The notes: generated by a model from the sequence alone, not told the origin. A DNA stretch of 64,000 nucleotides from an uncultured Clostridia bacterium (GCA_964641945.1 CAZXLQ010000001.1:13725-77724); one strand, 5' to 3'. Counted from the stretch's first letter, positions 29,647 through 39,416 are shown. Program-made: numbers and translations.

Positions 29647-29907
29647 ATGGCCTACCACATCCCGAAGCCACGTCGTCGCAAGAAGTCTCGCAAGACCAGC
29701 CGCCGCACCAGCAAGCACGGCTACATCGTCGTCGCTGGTCGAGGCCGAGGCCGCAAGTGCCTCAAGACGACCTTTCGATCCAAGGCGAAGGCTGCCGCGG
29801 CTGCTCGTCGCACCTCGAAGCGCACGGGGCGGTCGTGCCGGGTGCGACAGGTCGCGGTGGCAGCTCGCCGTCGTCGGACCAGTCGTCATCGCCGGACCAG
29901 CCGTTGA
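29647..29907 (+). CDS. highly basic small protein (Arg/Lys-rich)
   Basis: GGAGA RBS; GC3-rich codons; could be histone-like DNA-binding or a frame artefact. Confidence 0.4.
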   Translation: MAYHIPKPRRRKKSRKTSRRTSKHGYIVVAGRGRGRKCLKTTFRSKAKAAAAARRTSKRTGRSCRVRQVAVAARRRRTSRHRRTSR

Positions 29908-29915
29908 GGTAGCCA

Positions 29916-30866
29916 GTGAGCTACCGAGGACTTGGTCAGGCGAAGATCGTCCCTGGGCAGATCAACTTCGCAACCCTCCCGCCTGGCCAGACGGCGTTGC
30001 CCAGCCTCGAACCGTTGGTACGAGCGGGCCTGCCCATCGCGCCGTACATCGAACACGGAAGCTGGGAGACAGGAGAGCCGGCCATCATGCGCTACGGACT
30101 GGACCCATACCGGGGCATCATGGGGCTCGGCCAAGGCGGCGGTGCCGCCGAGGCACAGTCCATGAAGTTCGAGGTCGTGGTACCCGGCGAGCCCCGCGGT
30201 TCCTTTCTCTTCGAGGAGCTTCTGGAGGCCGTAGACGCTGCTGCCATGCTCCACGGGCAGAAGGGGCGGCAATCGCGAGTCGTGAGCCCACCGGGCTCTG
30301 AGAACATCGTGGCTGATGTCGACACGGCCGGCCGGGTCCGGATGCTTCACGGGCTGGGTCAGAGCATCGGACAGTCCATCCGACGCCTGGAGAACCAGTC
30401 CTACCGTGTCATTCCAGACACATGGGCTCGGACTGCTGCCGGAGCTGGTCGCTACGTCAGGGGGATGGACGCGGCCATGAAGACAGCCAAACGGCTCCTT
30501 CGTGAGAACCCCAGGACGACCATCAGGGTCTTCGCCGAGGGGACCGGGCTCATGATGCCCGGATCCGAGGTCGTGGCCATCCAGCGCCAGCCCGGTGGCG
30601 GCATCGACGTGCGATTCAACTACCATCTCTCTGGAGGGCTGGGACAGGCACTGACCGACCTGGTGTGCTCAGAGACCGCGGTGGCCGGCTCCTGGCGAGC
30701 CAGAGTGGTCGGAGGTCTCAATGCTGGCGCCCAGGCCGCCCTTCTGGGGGCTGCCGCAGCCGGCTTCATTGGGGCTCTGATTGGCAAGCCGGTCATCGCT
30801 GCCGCAGCCGGCGCAGCCATCGGATGGAGCGGGTACTCGATCTGGACGGCAACCTACCGCGTCTGA
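29916..30866 (+). CDS. hypothetical protein with C-terminal glycine-zipper membrane segment
   Basis: GAAAAGFIGALIGKPVIAAAAGAAIGW. Confidence 0.55.
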   Translation: MSYRGLGQAKIVPGQINFATLPPGQTALPSLEPLVRAGLPIAPYIEHGSWETGEPAIMRYGLDPYRGIMGLGQGGGAAEAQSMKFEVVVPGEPRGSFLFEELLEAVDAAAMLHGQKGRQSRVVSPPGSENIVADVDTAGRVRMLHGLGQSIGQSIRRLENQSYRVIPDTWARTAAGAGRYVRGMDAAMKTAKRLLRENPRTTIRVFAEGTGLMMPGSEVVAIQRQPGGGIDVRFNYHLSGGLGQALTDLVCSETAVAGSWRARVVGGLNAGAQAALLGAAAAGFIGALIGKPVIAAAAGAAIGWSGYSIWTATYRV

Positions 30867-30884
30867 CGCCCACACCGAGGCGGC

Positions 30885-31637
30885 ATGGCTCTCTACCACG
30901 GATCGAACGAAGACCTCGACGAGCTGGACGGCAACGAGCCCGGCTACACGGGCTCGCTCGGCTGGGGCCTCTACCTCACGACCGACCCGGAGTTCGCCAG
31001 GATCTTCGGCAAGCATATCTACGAGGTCGAGAGCCCGGTACCTGACGAGCTGGTGGCTCAGATCGAACCGATGTCCTACGACTGCGGCAACGACCTGACC
31101 TTCTACACGCCCGGTTCGACTCCGTTCTCCTTCGAGATCGTCGACCGCAAGACGGGAGAGACGCACCGCTATTCGGTGCTCGGAGACTGCGACGAGGAAG
31201 TTCGCCAGGACCTCCGCCGGTGGGCCCTCGATGAGTTCGTGCCGTCGCAGGAGCTGAAGGACGCCGTGAACAAGCTGCCAGCGGCGATCGCCTCCCGTGT
31301 CGGCGTCGGCGCCAAGGAGATCCTCGATGCGGCCAGCAAGGGGGAGCGTGTCGACGACGTCATCGACGCGATCCTCGACACGATGTCCGAAGAGGGTGTC
31401 GACGGGGACCTTCTCGACGATGAGATCAAGCCGCTACTCGAAGCGCTCGAACGGGAAATCGACGAGTTCGCCGACGAGAAGGTCGCCGAGCGCCTGGGTG
31501 ACGAACTCGATCTCGACGACATCTCGGCAATCGTCGAGCGCCACGGCTACAGCGCGTTCTTCATCGAAGGCTACGCGCCGGGCAACGAGTACGTCATCGT
31601 GGACGAGAAGTACCTACCGATCCCGGTGACCAAGTAG
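30885..31637 (+). CDS. candidate PARP-like (H-Y-E class) ADP-ribosyltransferase
   Basis: LYHGS, GWGLYLTTD and GNEYVIVDEKYL resemble PARP catalytic triad blocks (HGS / GIYFA / YNEYIVYD); acidic linker between; motif-level call only. Confidence 0.45.
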   Translation: MALYHGSNEDLDELDGNEPGYTGSLGWGLYLTTDPEFARIFGKHIYEVESPVPDELVAQIEPMSYDCGNDLTFYTPGSTPFSFEIVDRKTGETHRYSVLGDCDEEVRQDLRRWALDEFVPSQELKDAVNKLPAAIASRVGVGAKEILDAASKGERVDDVIDAILDTMSEEGVDGDLLDDEIKPLLEALEREIDEFADEKVAERLGDELDLDDISAIVERHGYSAFFIEGYAPGNEYVIVDEKYLPIPVTK

Positions 31638-31638
31638 G

Positions 31639-32337
31639 TCACAGGCCGAGAACGCGCGCCGCCCACTCCTCGTGGATGCAGACGATGTGCGCCTCGACGC
31701 ACGCCATGTTCTCCAACTTGGCGTAGACCGGACGCAACCCGTGACGTCGGTAGTGGGCACACCACTCCTCCAGCGTCTGCACCGTCACATGTGCCGGCTC
31801 CGGGTCTGGAAAGACGTGCGGCGTCACCGCTCCGACGATCCCGTGCGGTGCAAGAACACGCTTGATCGCCGACAGCGCTGCGTCGAGGTTGATGACGTGT
31901 TCCATGACATGGCGCGAGTAAATGAACTGCACCTGGCCGTCCCAGTCCGACGGCATCTCCTCGATCGCCAGATGACGCACGTTGAGGTGTGCCGTCCGCT
32001 CAGCAGCCTCCTTGACCACCTCGATGCCGCAGTAGTTCGCCTCAAAGCGCTGCATCAAGTAGTCGCGATCGCGTGCCGAGCCAGACCCGAGATCGAGCAC
32101 GCCGCGGTCTTCTCCCTCGATCTTCATCCCGGCGCGATGCTGACATCCGAGCATGGCGTCGACGATGAGCCGGCGGCTCTCTTCATCGCGTTCCAACCAC
32201 CACCGAACACGCTCATCCGGCTGCCCGACGTGCATCACCGCCATCCGCCGATGGTGGTCAGTGTTCAGCAACTCCAGGCGCGCTCGCTCGTTCGGATCCA
32301 TCTCACGCCTTCCGCAGCACGACCATGCGCTCGACAC
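31639..32337 (-). CDS. class I SAM-dependent methyltransferase
   Basis: VLDLGSGSARD motif I and downstream motifs. Confidence 0.75.
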   Translation of the reverse strand: MSSAWSCCGRREMDPNERARLELLNTDHHRRMAVMHVGQPDERVRWWLERDEESRRLIVDAMLGCQHRAGMKIEGEDRGVLDLGSGSARDRDYLMQRFEANYCGIEVVKEAAERTAHLNVRHLAIEEMPSDWDGQVQFIYSRHVMEHVINLDAALSAIKRVLAPHGIVGAVTPHVFPDPEPAHVTVQTLEEWCAHYRRHGLRPVYAKLENMACVEAHIVCIHEEWAARVLGL

Positions 32338-33073
32338 CGTCCATCATGACGGACTCGTCCGCAGGAACCTCGTGCCCATCGTACCCGATGTAGGAGCAGG
32401 AGAACCCCTCCACGACCAGCTCCTCCCAAAACCTACGCGGCGCGCTGTACCGTTGCGGAGACCACTCGATGACAGCTCGAAACCCGGGGTTGGTGCGGAT
32501 CTTCTTCATCCCTGCCCACACGAACGGCTCATGGCCCTCTGTGTCGATGACCGCGAAGGTCGCCTCCGGACAGACGTCATCGGCTCGGACGGCCTCCACG
32601 ATCTGCTTTCCTTCGGCGGAGATCGCGCTGTTCATGCTCATGCCGTCGTCACGCATGTTGAACTTGCGCTGACCGGGCGCGTCGCTTGCGACAGCTCGAA
32701 CCACAGTCGTGTACGGATGGAAGCCGTTCAGGTGCATCGAGTGCTCGATGTTTCTGGCGTGAGTCTCGTTCGGCTCGATCGCAACGATGCGACCCATGCT
32801 GCCGACCTGCCGCGCCATCATCACCGAGTAGTAGCCGCAGTTCGCTCCGATGTTGACAGCGGTCTCCCCCTTCTTGAGGTTGTTCAGAATCCAGACCGTC
32901 ACCCATGATTCCCAGAACCCGTCGAGCAGCAGGTGAGGGGCCAGACCGCGATCGGAGGTGTCCAAGATCATCCGCAGTTCGCCGAGCACGACGGCCAGGG
33001 CCGTCTGCTTGCCCAGGTACACCGACCTCGCTCCCGCTCGACTCGACGCCTCGACGTTCGCGACTGTCGCCAT
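32303..33073 (-). CDS. FkbM-family methyltransferase
   Basis: VNIGANCGYYSVMMA..RIVAIEPNETHARNIE..LNG. Confidence 0.7.
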   Translation of the reverse strand: MATVANVEASSRAGARSVYLGKQTALAVVLGELRMILDTSDRGLAPHLLLDGFWESWVTVWILNNLKKGETAVNIGANCGYYSVMMARQVGSMGRIVAIEPNETHARNIEHSMHLNGFHPYTTVVRAVASDAPGQRKFNMRDDGMSMNSAISAEGKQIVEAVRADDVCPEATFAVIDTEGHEPFVWAGMKKIRTNPGFRAVIEWSPQRYSAPRRFWEELVVEGFSCSYIGYDGHEVPADESVMMDGVERMVVLRKA

Positions 33074-33591
33074 CAGCTCTTCCTCGGCGGCAGGTCGCTG
33101 ATGTCCACGTCGGATGCGGGTGGCAGATCGTCTCTGCGTCCAGGGACGTGCTTGTCATCCTGATGAGCATCGAGAGTCGAGTTCGGCATGACGCCTCCCA
33201 TCATCGTCTGGATGCGCTCCCCGGCCTTGTCGAGGAAGACCTCCGCTGCCTCTCCGAACTCAGCGCGCCTGTTGTCGCGAGCACGCTGGGCGATCGGCCT
33301 GAACTCATCGCCGCCGAGGCTGTCGTATGGACGGAGCATCTCCAGGCCGCAGCCGCTGCACGGGCCCGTGTAAGAACGAACATCGCCTCCGAGAGCTTCG
33401 ATCTCGTCCTTCTCGAAGCGGAGCGTTTTGTCCCATCCGCACTGGATGCAGACGAACCGACACTCGTCCGGCAGAGCCTCACCGGCGATTCGGCGAGCCA
33501 AGCGAGCGGCGTCTTCCTTCGACTTCAGCGCCAAAGCGGCGCCGGAGCTGGGAACGTCAGGACGGAACCCGGGAACGTCATCCTCGGCCAT
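33073..33591 (-). CDS. zinc-ribbon hypothetical protein
   Basis: CIQCGW..CSGCG. Confidence 0.5.
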   Translation of the reverse strand: MAEDDVPGFRPDVPSSGAALALKSKEDAARLARRIAGEALPDECRFVCIQCGWDKTLRFEKDEIEALGGDVRSYTGPCSGCGLEMLRPYDSLGGDEFRPIAQRARDNRRAEFGEAAEVFLDKAGERIQTMMGGVMPNSTLDAHQDDKHVPGRRDDLPPASDVDISDLPPRKS

Positions 33592-33784
33592 TCTTCTTCT
33601 CCTTCTTGGGCTCGAACTTCTCGATCAGGTAGTTCAGCACGGCCGAGATGTTCGGCTTGTTCTTGGCGTTCATCCACCCGCGCTCGCGCGCCAGCCCGAC
33701 GAGCTTCTCGAAGTTGGACACCGTCGAGCGAAACGACAGCCGAACGCTGTGGGTTTCTTCCTTCTCATCGGGCTCGGTCGACAT
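33578..33784 (-). CDS. small hypothetical protein
   Basis: 68 aa. Confidence 0.4.
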   Translation of the reverse strand: MSTEPDEKEETHSVRLSFRSTVSNFEKLVGLARERGWMNAKNKPNISAVLNYLIEKFEPKKEKKNGRG

Positions 33785-34077
33785 CAGAGCACCTTGCTCA
33801 TCGCCCGGACCATGAAGAGGTCCTCACCGCGAAGGTAGATCAGCGATGCCGCCGGACCTGCCGGAGTCGGCATCGTTGTCCTGAACTCCCAGACGTCGTC
33901 CGAGCCCAGCTCACGGAAGCTCTGCGCTGTGAACGCCACCAGGGTGTTCGCCGGCACGGACATCGCCTTGCCGTCCGGACCTTCGACCGTCGAGATGTTG
34001 AAGTCGCTCACCCTCGTGAGGATCTCGATCGGACCCTGACCGTTCAGGTTGCGCAACGCGATGCCCATCGACGCCAT
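33784..34077 (-). CDS. hypothetical protein
   Basis: 97 aa. Confidence 0.45.
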   Translation of the reverse strand: MASMGIALRNLNGQGPIEILTRVSDFNISTVEGPDGKAMSVPANTLVAFTAQSFRELGSDDVWEFRTTMPTPAGPAASLIYLRGEDLFMVRAMSKVL

Positions 34078-34078
34078 T

Positions 34079-35176
34079 TCAGCCTCCTTCGACCCATGTT
34101 CGGAGTTTCTCGACCCACTGCGGGAGCGCCCATTCCCAGGTGCCCCAGTTGCCCTGCTTCTCGAAGTCCATCGAGTTGCGAACCTGCATCGCGTGAACGT
34201 TGAGCCTGTTCAGGCCGCGATCCAGACAAGCTCCCAACAGTCCGACATCGATCACTGGTGCCATCCCGTTCTCGTACGCGAGAGGGGCGTCGAATGGAGA
34301 AGGGATGCACATCCATCGCCCCGGCCAATCGACGAGGAACTCTGCGTGCCCAGTGTTGCATGTCGTCAGCAAGGGAACACCGGCTACCAGCGCCCCGCTG
34401 ATCATCATGCCGTACCCCTCACAGCGAGACGGGGAGATCACGAGATCCGCTTCTTCGTAGAGCCGCGACAGCGACTCGTCCGACTCTCCGCGAGCTTCAC
34501 CACACCGGAACACCACGTCGTCGCTCAGGTCGTGGTCGGCGATCTTGTAGAGGACACCCTTTTGAAGGGCGCTTGGGCCATGGATGACGAGCTTTGCGTG
34601 CGGTCGCACGTGAGCCCAAGCCTCGATCAGCTCCTCGGTGCCCTTTCGCCCAGGCCAGGCGAAGTCACTGGTAAAATGGACCGCCGTGAGGCAAGGGCTG
34701 CCCTGAACGCACTGGGCCCTGAGCCAGCGCTGCTTGCTGTCCGAAGGGACCGGACTCCCGAGAGGAAGCACGCTGGCCACGAAGTCGCTGTTCTCGATGT
34801 CATCAAGCGCTCGCAGACAGAACCTCGATGGAGCGATGACCGTCCCGAACTTCGCGATCGTCGTCAGGTACTCCTTGTCCATCTCAGTCGTGTTGGGGCT
34901 GATGAAGATGGCCGACCGGTCCCTTCCTCTCTGCTCGGGGAAAGAGCTGAGGTAGTGGTGCGGCACGGCGATCACGAGAACATGCGTGCCGTCGCGCGGG
35001 TCCTCGGCGACGCTCCTCCACCGGTCATGAAGTGCCGGGTCAAGGTTGATCACCCGCCCGAGCATGCCCTCATGCCTCAGCGCCTCCGCGACGCGCCCGG
35101 CGACAGACGCGTAGGAGTGCATGGTGCCGAAGTGTCCGACGATGTCGATCACGCGAGCTTCCACTCCTTCACCCAC
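34079..35176 (-). CDS. GT4-type (GT-B) glycosyltransferase
   Basis: C-terminal EGYGMMISGALVAGVPLL (E-x7-E region). Confidence 0.75.
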   Translation of the reverse strand: MGEGVEARVIDIVGHFGTMHSYASVAGRVAEALRHEGMLGRVINLDPALHDRWRSVAEDPRDGTHVLVIAVPHHYLSSFPEQRGRDRSAIFISPNTTEMDKEYLTTIAKFGTVIAPSRFCLRALDDIENSDFVASVLPLGSPVPSDSKQRWLRAQCVQGSPCLTAVHFTSDFAWPGRKGTEELIEAWAHVRPHAKLVIHGPSALQKGVLYKIADHDLSDDVVFRCGEARGESDESLSRLYEEADLVISPSRCEGYGMMISGALVAGVPLLTTCNTGHAEFLVDWPGRWMCIPSPFDAPLAYENGMAPVIDVGLLGACLDRGLNRLNVHAMQVRNSMDFEKQGNWGTWEWALPQWVEKLRTWVEGG

Positions 35177-36510
35177 TCTTCAGGGACGATGCGGCTCAGC
35201 CCCGCCCTCACCGCCGGCAGGCAGCTCTCTGCGCTGAACATCTCACGGGTGGCCGAGGCTGCGGCGCGGTCGAGATACCGGCCTCGGTCGAACTGGGTCT
35301 GCATCCCTGCTGCCAGGTCGTCCAGCTTGTAGGTGCCCCACCGCGTTCGCTTGTCGAACATGAGAGCGATGCGAGCGACTTCTGGGCCGACCTCGGTGAG
35401 CTGGTAGGGGAAGGTGGTGTCTCGGGTCGATCCGGACTTCTGACGAATCTCCTCGACCATCTGCCCGACGGCACCGTAGGCGCTCGTGACCATCGGCACC
35501 CCCTGAGCTTTCGCCCAGACATGCGGAATGCCAAGGCCCTCCCCGTAGGACGGGTTCGCGTAGCAGTCCAAGTCGCCGAGCCACTCGATGACCTGCTGGT
35601 CCGTCTGGTCGGTCCCCAGCTCGAAGCCGATGCGAGGCATCTTTCCGGACATCGGAAACCCAGAGTCACCGAACTCTTTCGCGATCTCCGCGATCTCCGC
35701 CGTGAGCTTCTCCTTGAACTTCTTGATGGTGAGGTTTTCACCGAATGCGCTCGTCTTGAGGACGAGCTTCACCGGCTGCTCGCGAGCAAACGCCGAGAAG
35801 TAGGCTCGCACAAGATCGTGCATGCCCTTCCGCTTCTGCCACGTACCAAGCACGCCGAAGATGAATGGATCGTCATGCGTGACCGGCCGATTCTTCCGCT
35901 CAGCCAACACGTCGAGTGCCGTCATCGACCATGGCCCCTCCGTCAGCATCGGCCTGACCACGTGGACCACGCTTGCCGGAACGTTGGACTGGACGAAAGC
36001 GTCACGAACGAACTCGCTCACGACCCAGATGCCAGCAAAGACCGGACCGGTCGCGAGGCTCCGGCAGTAATCCGAGACCCGATCGCCCTCGAACGCGCAG
36101 TACGGGACGATCTTCGGCGCCATCTCCTCCATCTCCACGGCCACCTCGGGCGGCCACGAGCAGAACAGCGCCTTCGGATGCCCAACGCCTTCCTTCACCC
36201 ACTGGAAGAGCAGGTCGTATCGGTCGGGCGGAAAACGCTCGATGTCGATGTCCACATTGCGATGCGGCACCAGCGCCGTCGGGATCCCAAGCGACCGCGA
36301 GAGCATCCACTGTAGCGACAGCGCGTGCGTCGCGTACCCCGTACGATGATGGCTTCCCCACGTGTGCCAGAGCCCATGCACGTCGTACCCGGGAGCCGGC
36401 GGCGCGACGTAGTCGCGGAACTTCTGCCCCGTCGGACGCATCTGCGACGCAACCAGCGCCTCGAACTCTTCTGGCGTCCGATCCTTGTATTCCTGGTACT
36501 TGTCCGACAT
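35149..36510 (-). CDS. glycosyltransferase-like protein (GT-B, family 1/4-like)
   Basis: YGEGLGIPHVWAKAQGVPMVTSAYG. Confidence 0.6.
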   Translation of the reverse strand: MSDKYQEYKDRTPEEFEALVASQMRPTGQKFRDYVAPPAPGYDVHGLWHTWGSHHRTGYATHALSLQWMLSRSLGIPTALVPHRNVDIDIERFPPDRYDLLFQWVKEGVGHPKALFCSWPPEVAVEMEEMAPKIVPYCAFEGDRVSDYCRSLATGPVFAGIWVVSEFVRDAFVQSNVPASVVHVVRPMLTEGPWSMTALDVLAERKNRPVTHDDPFIFGVLGTWQKRKGMHDLVRAYFSAFAREQPVKLVLKTSAFGENLTIKKFKEKLTAEIAEIAKEFGDSGFPMSGKMPRIGFELGTDQTDQQVIEWLGDLDCYANPSYGEGLGIPHVWAKAQGVPMVTSAYGAVGQMVEEIRQKSGSTRDTTFPYQLTEVGPEVARIALMFDKRTRWGTYKLDDLAAGMQTQFDRGRYLDRAAASATREMFSAESCLPAVRAGLSRIVPEEWVKEWKLA

Positions 36511-36521
36511 GAGGGTGTCAG

Positions 36522-36550
36522 ACAGTACATGGGCAGTCAGACAGGTGCAA
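36522..36550 (-). promoter_or_regulatory. promoter TTGCAC-N17-TACTGT with two TGTCWGACA sites, 11 nt before ATG 36510
   Basis: minus-sense TTGCACctgtctgactgcccatgTACTGTctgacaccctcATG. Confidence 0.5.
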
Positions 36551-36558
36551 GTCGAGAA

Positions 36559-36900
36559 CTACGACAGATCCTTGGAAGCGACGGGAAGCTCGTCGTGGTC
36601 CTCTCCATCGGGTTCTCGGAGTGGTCTGTTGCGAGGAACGCTTGCGAGCAGGTCGAGCTTCATCTGTTCGAGAAGACCGATGGCCTGGTAGATGACCGGA
36701 CTCGACGTCGAGAAGTTGTTCGTCTTGATGTAGTACGTGCCGTCTTCGCTCACGAGCAGTGCCATCGCCAACGTCGGAGCCCCCTCGAAGCCTTCAGCTC
36801 CGTCCTCGGCGATCTCAGCCAGGAACTGATCGAACCTCTTTCGGTCCTCAGCAACCTGACGAGCGATCTCCATGTCCAACTCGTTCTTCTTGTCGGTCAT
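36559..36900 (-). CDS. hypothetical protein
   Basis: 113 aa. Confidence 0.5.
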   Translation of the reverse strand: MTDKKNELDMEIARQVAEDRKRFDQFLAEIAEDGAEGFEGAPTLAMALLVSEDGTYYIKTNNFSTSSPVIYQAIGLLEQMKLDLLASVPRNRPLREPDGEDHDELPVASKDLS

Positions 36901-36904
36901 CGGT

Positions 36905-37255
36905 TCAGACCTGGCTGGAGTACGACTTCAGCGAACGCATGACGGTCTCGTTCGCACCGCCTCGGCGCTCCAACCGTTCGTAGAGGTTCTTGGCCAGCTC
37001 TGGCGTCGAGAGCTTTCTGGCTGCCTTGTTCCGCGACATTGGCTGCGGCGCCGGCTTCCGGTTGACCATCCAGACGACGACGAGAACGGCCAGAACCGCC
37101 AAGAGTAGGAGCAGCAGCTTCTTCTGACGGTCATCGGCGACGGAGACCGGAGAGAACTGCGACAGCGGAACGAGCGGGTAGTTGTGCGGCTGAACAGCAG
37201 GCCGCAGCCCGACGACGAACTGCGCTGGGTTGGGCGGCAGAATGCGGTAGGACAT
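36905..37255 (-). CDS. single-pass membrane protein
   Basis: KKLLLLLLAVLAVLVVVWMV. Confidence 0.5.
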   Translation of the reverse strand: MSYRILPPNPAQFVVGLRPAVQPHNYPLVPLSQFSPVSVADDRQKKLLLLLLAVLAVLVVVWMVNRKPAPQPMSRNKAARKLSTPELAKNLYERLERRGGANETVMRSLKSYSSQV

Positions 37256-37262
37256 TGGACCT

Positions 37263-37820
37263 CTACTTGGGGTCGATCAGCGTAGGACGCTGATGCACTA
37301 CGAGCTGCGTCACGCCGGACATGTCGGTGACAGCGATGCCGTCCTGCACTCGCACGCACCACTCTCGGCAGTAGTCGCAGACCCACTTCTCTGCGGAGGA
37401 GATGAGGGGGATCTTGTCATCGTCCATCACCGGACGACCGAGGACGTTCTTGCAGTGGAACTGCCAGTTGATCTTGATGTGCTTGGGCGCCTTCCTGTAC
37501 GGAACCGCCTCGACGCTCATCTGCTTGTTGTCCTCGCGGACGAGAAAGTTGTTGTGACAGCGAGGGCACATTCCCACGAGCATGCCGACGGCCTCTGCCC
37601 TCTCGCTGGCGCGAGGGGCCGCGTACAGCTCGCACTCGATGGTGCTGATCTCCTCGCCCTTCGGGCCGACCCACATGATCCACGTCTTCGGCGCCATCTC
37701 TTCCGCATCGAACGAACTGTATGCCAGCCGTCCCTGCTGCGACGTCTTTCGCCACATCTCCTGACCAGCACGCATCTGCGCCTCGGTCATGTGGAACGCG
37801 TCTCTCTTGCTCACGGTCAT
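37263..37820 (-). CDS. hypothetical protein
   Basis: 185 aa, several Cys. Confidence 0.55.
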   Translation of the reverse strand: MTVSKRDAFHMTEAQMRAGQEMWRKTSQQGRLAYSSFDAEEMAPKTWIMWVGPKGEEISTIECELYAAPRASERAEAVGMLVGMCPRCHNNFLVREDNKQMSVEAVPYRKAPKHIKINWQFHCKNVLGRPVMDDDKIPLISSAEKWVCDYCREWCVRVQDGIAVTDMSGVTQLVVHQRPTLIDPK

Positions 37821-37847
37821 CGGGGTGCCCAGCCCTTTCTTTTTCGA

Positions 37848-38330
37848 TCAGCGGCGACGACGGTTCGCGCGAACCGGCTTGCCTTCGGTCAGGATCTTGA
37901 GACCCTGAAAGCTGTAGAACGCACTCAAGCCGCTGAGCACGTAGAGCACGGCCAGAGGCGGCAGGATGTACCGGACCATGTACGGCGCCGCAGCGACCGC
38001 CATGCGATCGACGAGCGGGTTGACGACGTGGCGGTCGAGAGCGGCAACGATCTGCGGCCCCTGCCGACGCATCGTCCCTTCCGGGTCGCTGATCAGCCTT
38101 GCGGTCGTATCCGCCACCGACGCGACGGTGCTCGCGGTCGTCTGCCCGAGGCCAGCGATCGTCACAGGCCGATGCCGAGCGACGCGCGCAAGGCACGCTC
38201 CTTCGTCAGCCATCCCACGACACGCCTGAGCCCTGGCGTTCCAGTAGGCGTTGAGCTTCGACCTCGTCCAGCCGAGGTCGCGGTTCGCCTGAGCCCTGGT
38301 GAGAGCCACCTGCCCGAGCGAGTAGCTCAC
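37848..38330 (-). CDS. hypothetical membrane-associated protein (GTG start)
   Basis: GGAGG RBS, GTGA overlap; C-terminal TM. Confidence 0.5.
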   Translation of the reverse strand: MSYSLGQVALTRAQANRDLGWTRSKLNAYWNARAQACRGMADEGACLARVARHRPVTIAGLGQTTASTVASVADTTARLISDPEGTMRRQGPQIVAALDRHVVNPLVDRMAVAAAPYMVRYILPPLAVLYVLSGLSAFYSFQGLKILTEGKPVRANRRRR

Positions 38331-38860
38331 GATCGCCTCCGACGGCGGTTCGCCCGAAGGGCGGAGCGACGCCCCATCCGATAGCCCAGGAAGGCCATGA
38401 GCGGGATCCCGATGAACGTACCGACCGCGGTGATCTTCGCGTAGTCGGTGAGGGCCGAGTAGTTGGTCGGAGGAACTCCGTCGAAACGCAATGTGGCCGT
38501 GTTCGGCCCGTACTCGACCCGGGGTGTCGGACCCATCCACAGTCGACGAGCCACTGCGAAGAACTTCGAGACGACGTTCTCCCCCTGCTCGGGCACGACC
38601 TCGGTCACCTGGCCCAGGCCACGGAGCGGGACGGTGTGGTACCGACCGTACGGATAGGTCGGACCGACCTTGAAGAGGTCGCCGTAGCCGCCGAGGTAGA
38701 GCACCTGCTCGCCCCAAACGCCTCGACCGACCTTGTAGCCTGCGCCGGGGATGGGCGTCTGGACGACGCGCGGATACTGCCGGAACCTGGCGAGACTGCC
38801 TGGCAAGTAGAGCGACGGGCGGTACGGTTGGACCTCAACCGGCTGCGGATTTACCGACAT
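38327..38860 (-). CDS. hypothetical protein
   Basis: 177 aa; C-terminal TM. Confidence 0.5.
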   Translation of the reverse strand: MSVNPQPVEVQPYRPSLYLPGSLARFRQYPRVVQTPIPGAGYKVGRGVWGEQVLYLGGYGDLFKVGPTYPYGRYHTVPLRGLGQVTEVVPEQGENVVSKFFAVARRLWMGPTPRVEYGPNTATLRFDGVPPTNYSALTDYAKITAVGTFIGIPLMAFLGYRMGRRSALRANRRRRRS

Positions 38861-38896
38861 GGAGCAATCCTACGCGAGAATGGGCCACGGCGGTAG

Positions 38897-39382
38897 TCAC
38901 CCGGCCCGGCTCGTTCGGCGCTTTCGTGCGGGCTTCTGACGCCCGACTGGGCGACTCGTTCGACGACGTGGCTTCACATCTCCTGGCAGCAGCGACGCGA
39001 GCGACCTTCTGACCCTGAGCGAGATGATTGGTCGCACCGGCTTGCCGCTCTTCCCGAGCACTGCGACGCACCGCCCAACAGGGCTGACCACGGCGATCAG
39101 CAAATCGAGCAAGCTGTCGCCAAACTTCTGCGCCTCGTAGGCGGCGTACTTGAGGGCCGTGCGGCGGTCATAGACCTTTGCCGAAAGTACGTGCGGCTTC
39201 GCCCACAACGAAGCGGCTCCGGCATCGTCGACTCGGAGAAAGACGACCTTGTACACCTGACCTTCTGGCTCAGCCTGCCGAACCGGCACCGCATCGACTT
39301 CGGGCGTCTCTTCCTCAGCCGGCACTTCGGTCTCATCCATGAGGTCGGATGTACCACTTGTCTGACAGCAGATGCAAGCCAC
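38897..39382 (-). CDS. hypothetical protein (start uncertain)
   Basis: 161-aa ORF. Confidence 0.45.
   Translation of the reverse strand: MACICCQTSGTSDLMDETEVPAEEETPEVDAVPVRQAEPEGQVYKVVFLRVDDAGAASLWAKPHVLSAKVYDRRTALKYAAYEAQKFGDSLLDLLIAVVSPVGRCVAVLGKSGKPVRPIISLRVRRSLASLLPGDVKPRRRTSRPVGRQKPARKRRTSRAG
39359..39367. promoter_or_regulatory. TGTCTGACA operator-like site
   Basis: at 5' end of minus gene 38897-39382. Confidence 0.4.
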
Positions 39383-39416
39383 CCTCGCTTCCGTCTGGAC
39401 CTGCTACGATCGCCGC

